DNA from: Histomonas meleagridis 2922-C6/04-290x
Taxonomy: Eukaryota; Protista; Parabasalia
Direction of reading: 5' to 3'
Assembly (NCBI GenBank): GCA_020184695.1
Contig: JAANOX010000126.1
Span: 496,001-560,000, forward strand
DNA length: 64,000 nt
Each line of letters begins with the position of its first letter. The stretch's first letter is position 1. Both the position numbers and the translations under genes were made by a program. The notes under the pieces are model-generated. The model searched no databases, was not told where the DNA came from, and worked only from the letters and a program-made list of their open reading frames with translations. Positions 61,783-64,000 of this stretch are shown here, in pieces.

Positions 61783-62571
61783 TTAGCTTTCTTCAACAAG
61801 TCCGTATAGCTTGTTCTCAAATTCTTTATTTCGCAGATTTCCATTAAAAAATTTATCAACGAGTGCAGTGAATGTCTTGAGTGTAATGAGAGCGTCTGAG
61901 CCTGCTTGGTGTTGAGGGCCAACGCGGAGAACATTTAGTTCGTTCGCCAGACTCTGAAGACCGCCAGTAGATATCTGATCAATATCATCACTCATCAGTT
62001 TTAGGTCATAAAAATGTGGAAAATAAACGCAAAGGCTGTTCATGAACGTTTTTAGATCGCTTGGAAGAGGTTTACAAGTTAACATTTTGAATAAATAACC
62101 AAAGTCAGAACTACTATGAAAGGTAACAAAGGTTACGTCATCATTCATCACAAGGCCAGAAGTATATAAAAGCTGGGTAAATTCGTAAACACTAATTCCA
62201 TCTGTATTAAATTTGTTAAAGTCAATCCCTGATTGTTGAAGAAGCTCAATGGCTGGTGTTGTAAACATGTCTTCATCAAGATTAAATTTGAAATTGAACT
62301 GCCAACAACAACATGGTGATGGAAAATTTCCTTTGCCATCACCTAAACTAATTCCAATTTGGATTATTTTAAGGCAATCAACATTGACTCTCATAAGGTT
62401 ATACTGAAAAGATTCTTGTGATTGAAATTGACCTATTGGTCGTGCAATCACGCCAGGAAATTCTGTATCCATTCCAACATAAGGATAATCATTTATCAAG
62501 TCAGCAATTATGGCCATTTCTTGTTCGAGGTTATGACTCCATACCTCTCTAATAATGAATTCATCTGACAT
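61783..62571 (-). CDS. CAF1: CCR4-NOT deadenylase subunit CAF1/POP2 (DEDDh)
   Basis: IREVW..NLE.E, YVGMDTEFPGV, NVDCLKIIQIG, WQFNFKF, FHS..DFGYL, YDLK and HQAGSDAL. Confidence 0.95.
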   Translation of the reverse strand: MSDEFIIREVWSHNLEQEMAIIADLINDYPYVGMDTEFPGVIARPIGQFQSQESFQYNLMRVNVDCLKIIQIGISLGDGKGNFPSPCCCWQFNFKFNLDEDMFTTPAIELLQQSGIDFNKFNTDGISVYEFTQLLYTSGLVMNDDVTFVTFHSSSDFGYLFKMLTCKPLPSDLKTFMNSLCVYFPHFYDLKLMSDDIDQISTGGLQSLANELNVLRVGPQHQAGSDALITLKTFTALVDKFFNGNLRNKEFENKLYGLVEES

Positions 62572-62864
62572 CTGCAGACGTTAACAAATGATGTATCGTA
62601 TAACCGGTTTCCCTCAAAAAGTGAACTTTCGTTTTTTATTCATCTTTCATCCAAAACTAATTCCTTATTCAAACAAATTATTTTAATAATTTTTTTTCAT
62701 GAAATCTATTTATATGTCAATTTATTTATAATACAAAGTTGTTTTAATTCTAATGATTAAAAACAAAAAATTTTTTATTGAAAATGAAAAAGATTTTTTT
62801 TCTAGATTTATATATAAAATTTATATTTTATTTAATAACAAAATTTGTAGCATAATTTAATCTG

Positions 62865-63662
62865 TTATGAGTACAGTTTATCCCATATTGAAAGCAGTCT
62901 TTTAATTGGACTTAATTTAATTTCTTCTTCTATTCCATCAAGTTCATTTTCGTTTTCTGGCTCTTCCATGTCTTCATTGTATTGACCAGAACTTGCTTTT
63001 GATGTTTGCACACTACGAAATACACTTTGCATAGTGTCTTTTTCTTTTGGAACTGTTTTATATTCAGATGTTTTCCATCCCCATCTTTTGAGTTGCTTGT
63101 TTGCAATATAAGCAGCAGAAACATGATCGAGTGAGTTCGTTACTTCAATGCCTTTTTGTGTTTCTGGTTCATTTGCCTTGGTTTGGTTAATTTGTGCTGA
63201 TTGACCTTTGGATAATAGATTTAAAGGCTGTTGTGAAAACGTAACTTGTGGCGTCGAAGAATCTGTATTGAAATGTGGCTGGGGATTGAATGGGTTGGTA
63301 TAACTTTGTTGAAAATTTATTGGATAATAATTATTAGGTGGATAATTTACATTATAGTTTTGTGTGTAATTAGGTTGATAGTAATTAGGATTTTGTTGAG
63401 ATTTTGCTGAGATTTGATATTCTGTGTTATTTTGAATTTGTGAATTTAAAAATGATTTTGTTGGTGGCCCTTCACTGGTGTGGCTCATTTCTGTCTTATT
63501 GTCCTTGAAATAAATAGGATGAATTGAATTAGAATATTCAACATTTTGTGGAATAGAATTATATGAATTATGTGAATTTCCAAAATTGATTTTTTTTGTG
63601 GTTATTCCCAATGAATTGCTGCTTGGGAACATTGTTCTCTTTTTCGTCCAAAAAAGTGACAC
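62865..63662 (-). CDS. Low-complexity N/Q/P/Y-rich hypothetical protein; likely ATG at 63632
   Basis: 265-codon frame. The track start (GTG) overlaps a TCACT Inr-like motif, and the first in-frame ATG lies ~27 nt downstream of it. Confidence 0.65.
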   Translation of the reverse strand: MSLFWTKKRTMFPSSNSLGITTKKINFGNSHNSYNSIPQNVEYSNSIHPIYFKDNKTEMSHTSEGPPTKSFLNSQIQNNTEYQISAKSQQNPNYYQPNYTQNYNVNYPPNNYYPINFQQSYTNPFNPQPHFNTDSSTPQVTFSQQPLNLLSKGQSAQINQTKANEPETQKGIEVTNSLDHVSAAYIANKQLKRWGWKTSEYKTVPKEKDTMQSVFRSVQTSKASSGQYNEDMEEPENENELDGIEEEIKLSPIKRLLSIWDKLYS

Positions 63663-63891
63663 TCATAAGGCTTATTAAACTTGGAAACCCTAATAATTAC
63701 AAGAATTCAACAAGATGAACAGATACAACGTTTAATTTCATAAATTGTATGTTTATAAAAAGAAATAATTGCTTTTTGAAATTTTGTATTTACATTACTT
63801 TATTAAAGGAGCTAATGAAGATGTCGACATCTAAAAAATGATAAATTAATAAAAAAGATAAATCGGTCATTTTGGGTCAGTCTAAAAATTT

Positions 63892-64000
63892 TTATGTACC
63901 ATTTGATAAATTCATATTCACTTCTTTGATCTCTTCTGCAATTTCTATTGGCAACTGTTCGAATAAACCTCTCAATTCTGCGCCACTTATGTTCATAAAG
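63892..64000 (-). CDS. Probable 3' end of a gene running off the window
   Basis: Open frame FMNISGAELRGLFEQLPIEIAEEIKEVNMNLSNGT* with gene-like composition. Confidence 0.4.
   Translation of the reverse strand, partial: FMNISGAELRGLFEQLPIEIAEEIKEVNMNLSNGT

Noticed and set aside
332-63124. Numerous 60-150-aa ORFs overlapping larger genes on other frames or strands
   Set aside because: They are shadow ORFs without motifs, many starting on TTG or GTG.

Overview
This is AT-rich, gene-dense eukaryotic DNA from a flagellated parabasalid. Tritrichomonas-like is an inference from four signs: conserved genes read as uninterrupted ORFs, TCATT initiator (Inr) motifs sit just upstream of ATGs, a DUF3447/ankyrin family is present, and there are LRR-PP2C and Kolobok-type sequences. 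The window holds about 28 ordinary CDSs (PPIL2-like, truncated Hsp70, type III glutamine synthetase, acyltransferase, two membrane subtilases, GPN3, GPN1, ASCC3, kinesin-2, LRR-PP2C, GAF-PDE, V-ATPase c, B9D1, importin-beta-like, GH2, CAF1 and others), one tRNA-Glu(CTC), a 933-bp non-autonomous TIR element containing a perfect 70-bp palindrome, and a 2.4-kb Kolobok-like element with a dead transposase between two apparently identical 420-bp inverted repeats. The most striking feature is two DUF3447-ankyrin loci (38176-40365 and 58051-60751, both minus strand). In each, every ankyrin repeat is a stop-free ~90-nt cassette separated from the next by a conserved ~80-nt AT-rich spacer. The spacers break the frame or contain stops, tolerate indels (80, 81, 83, 100 nt) and cannot be removed in frame by GT-AG or AT-AC splicing. 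Cassette variation concentrates at ankyrin binding-surface codons. This suggests, as inference only, non-canonical introns or another recoding or excision mechanism in a one-repeat-per-exon diversifying receptor family. All alignments and counts were done by eye; no searches or computations were run.
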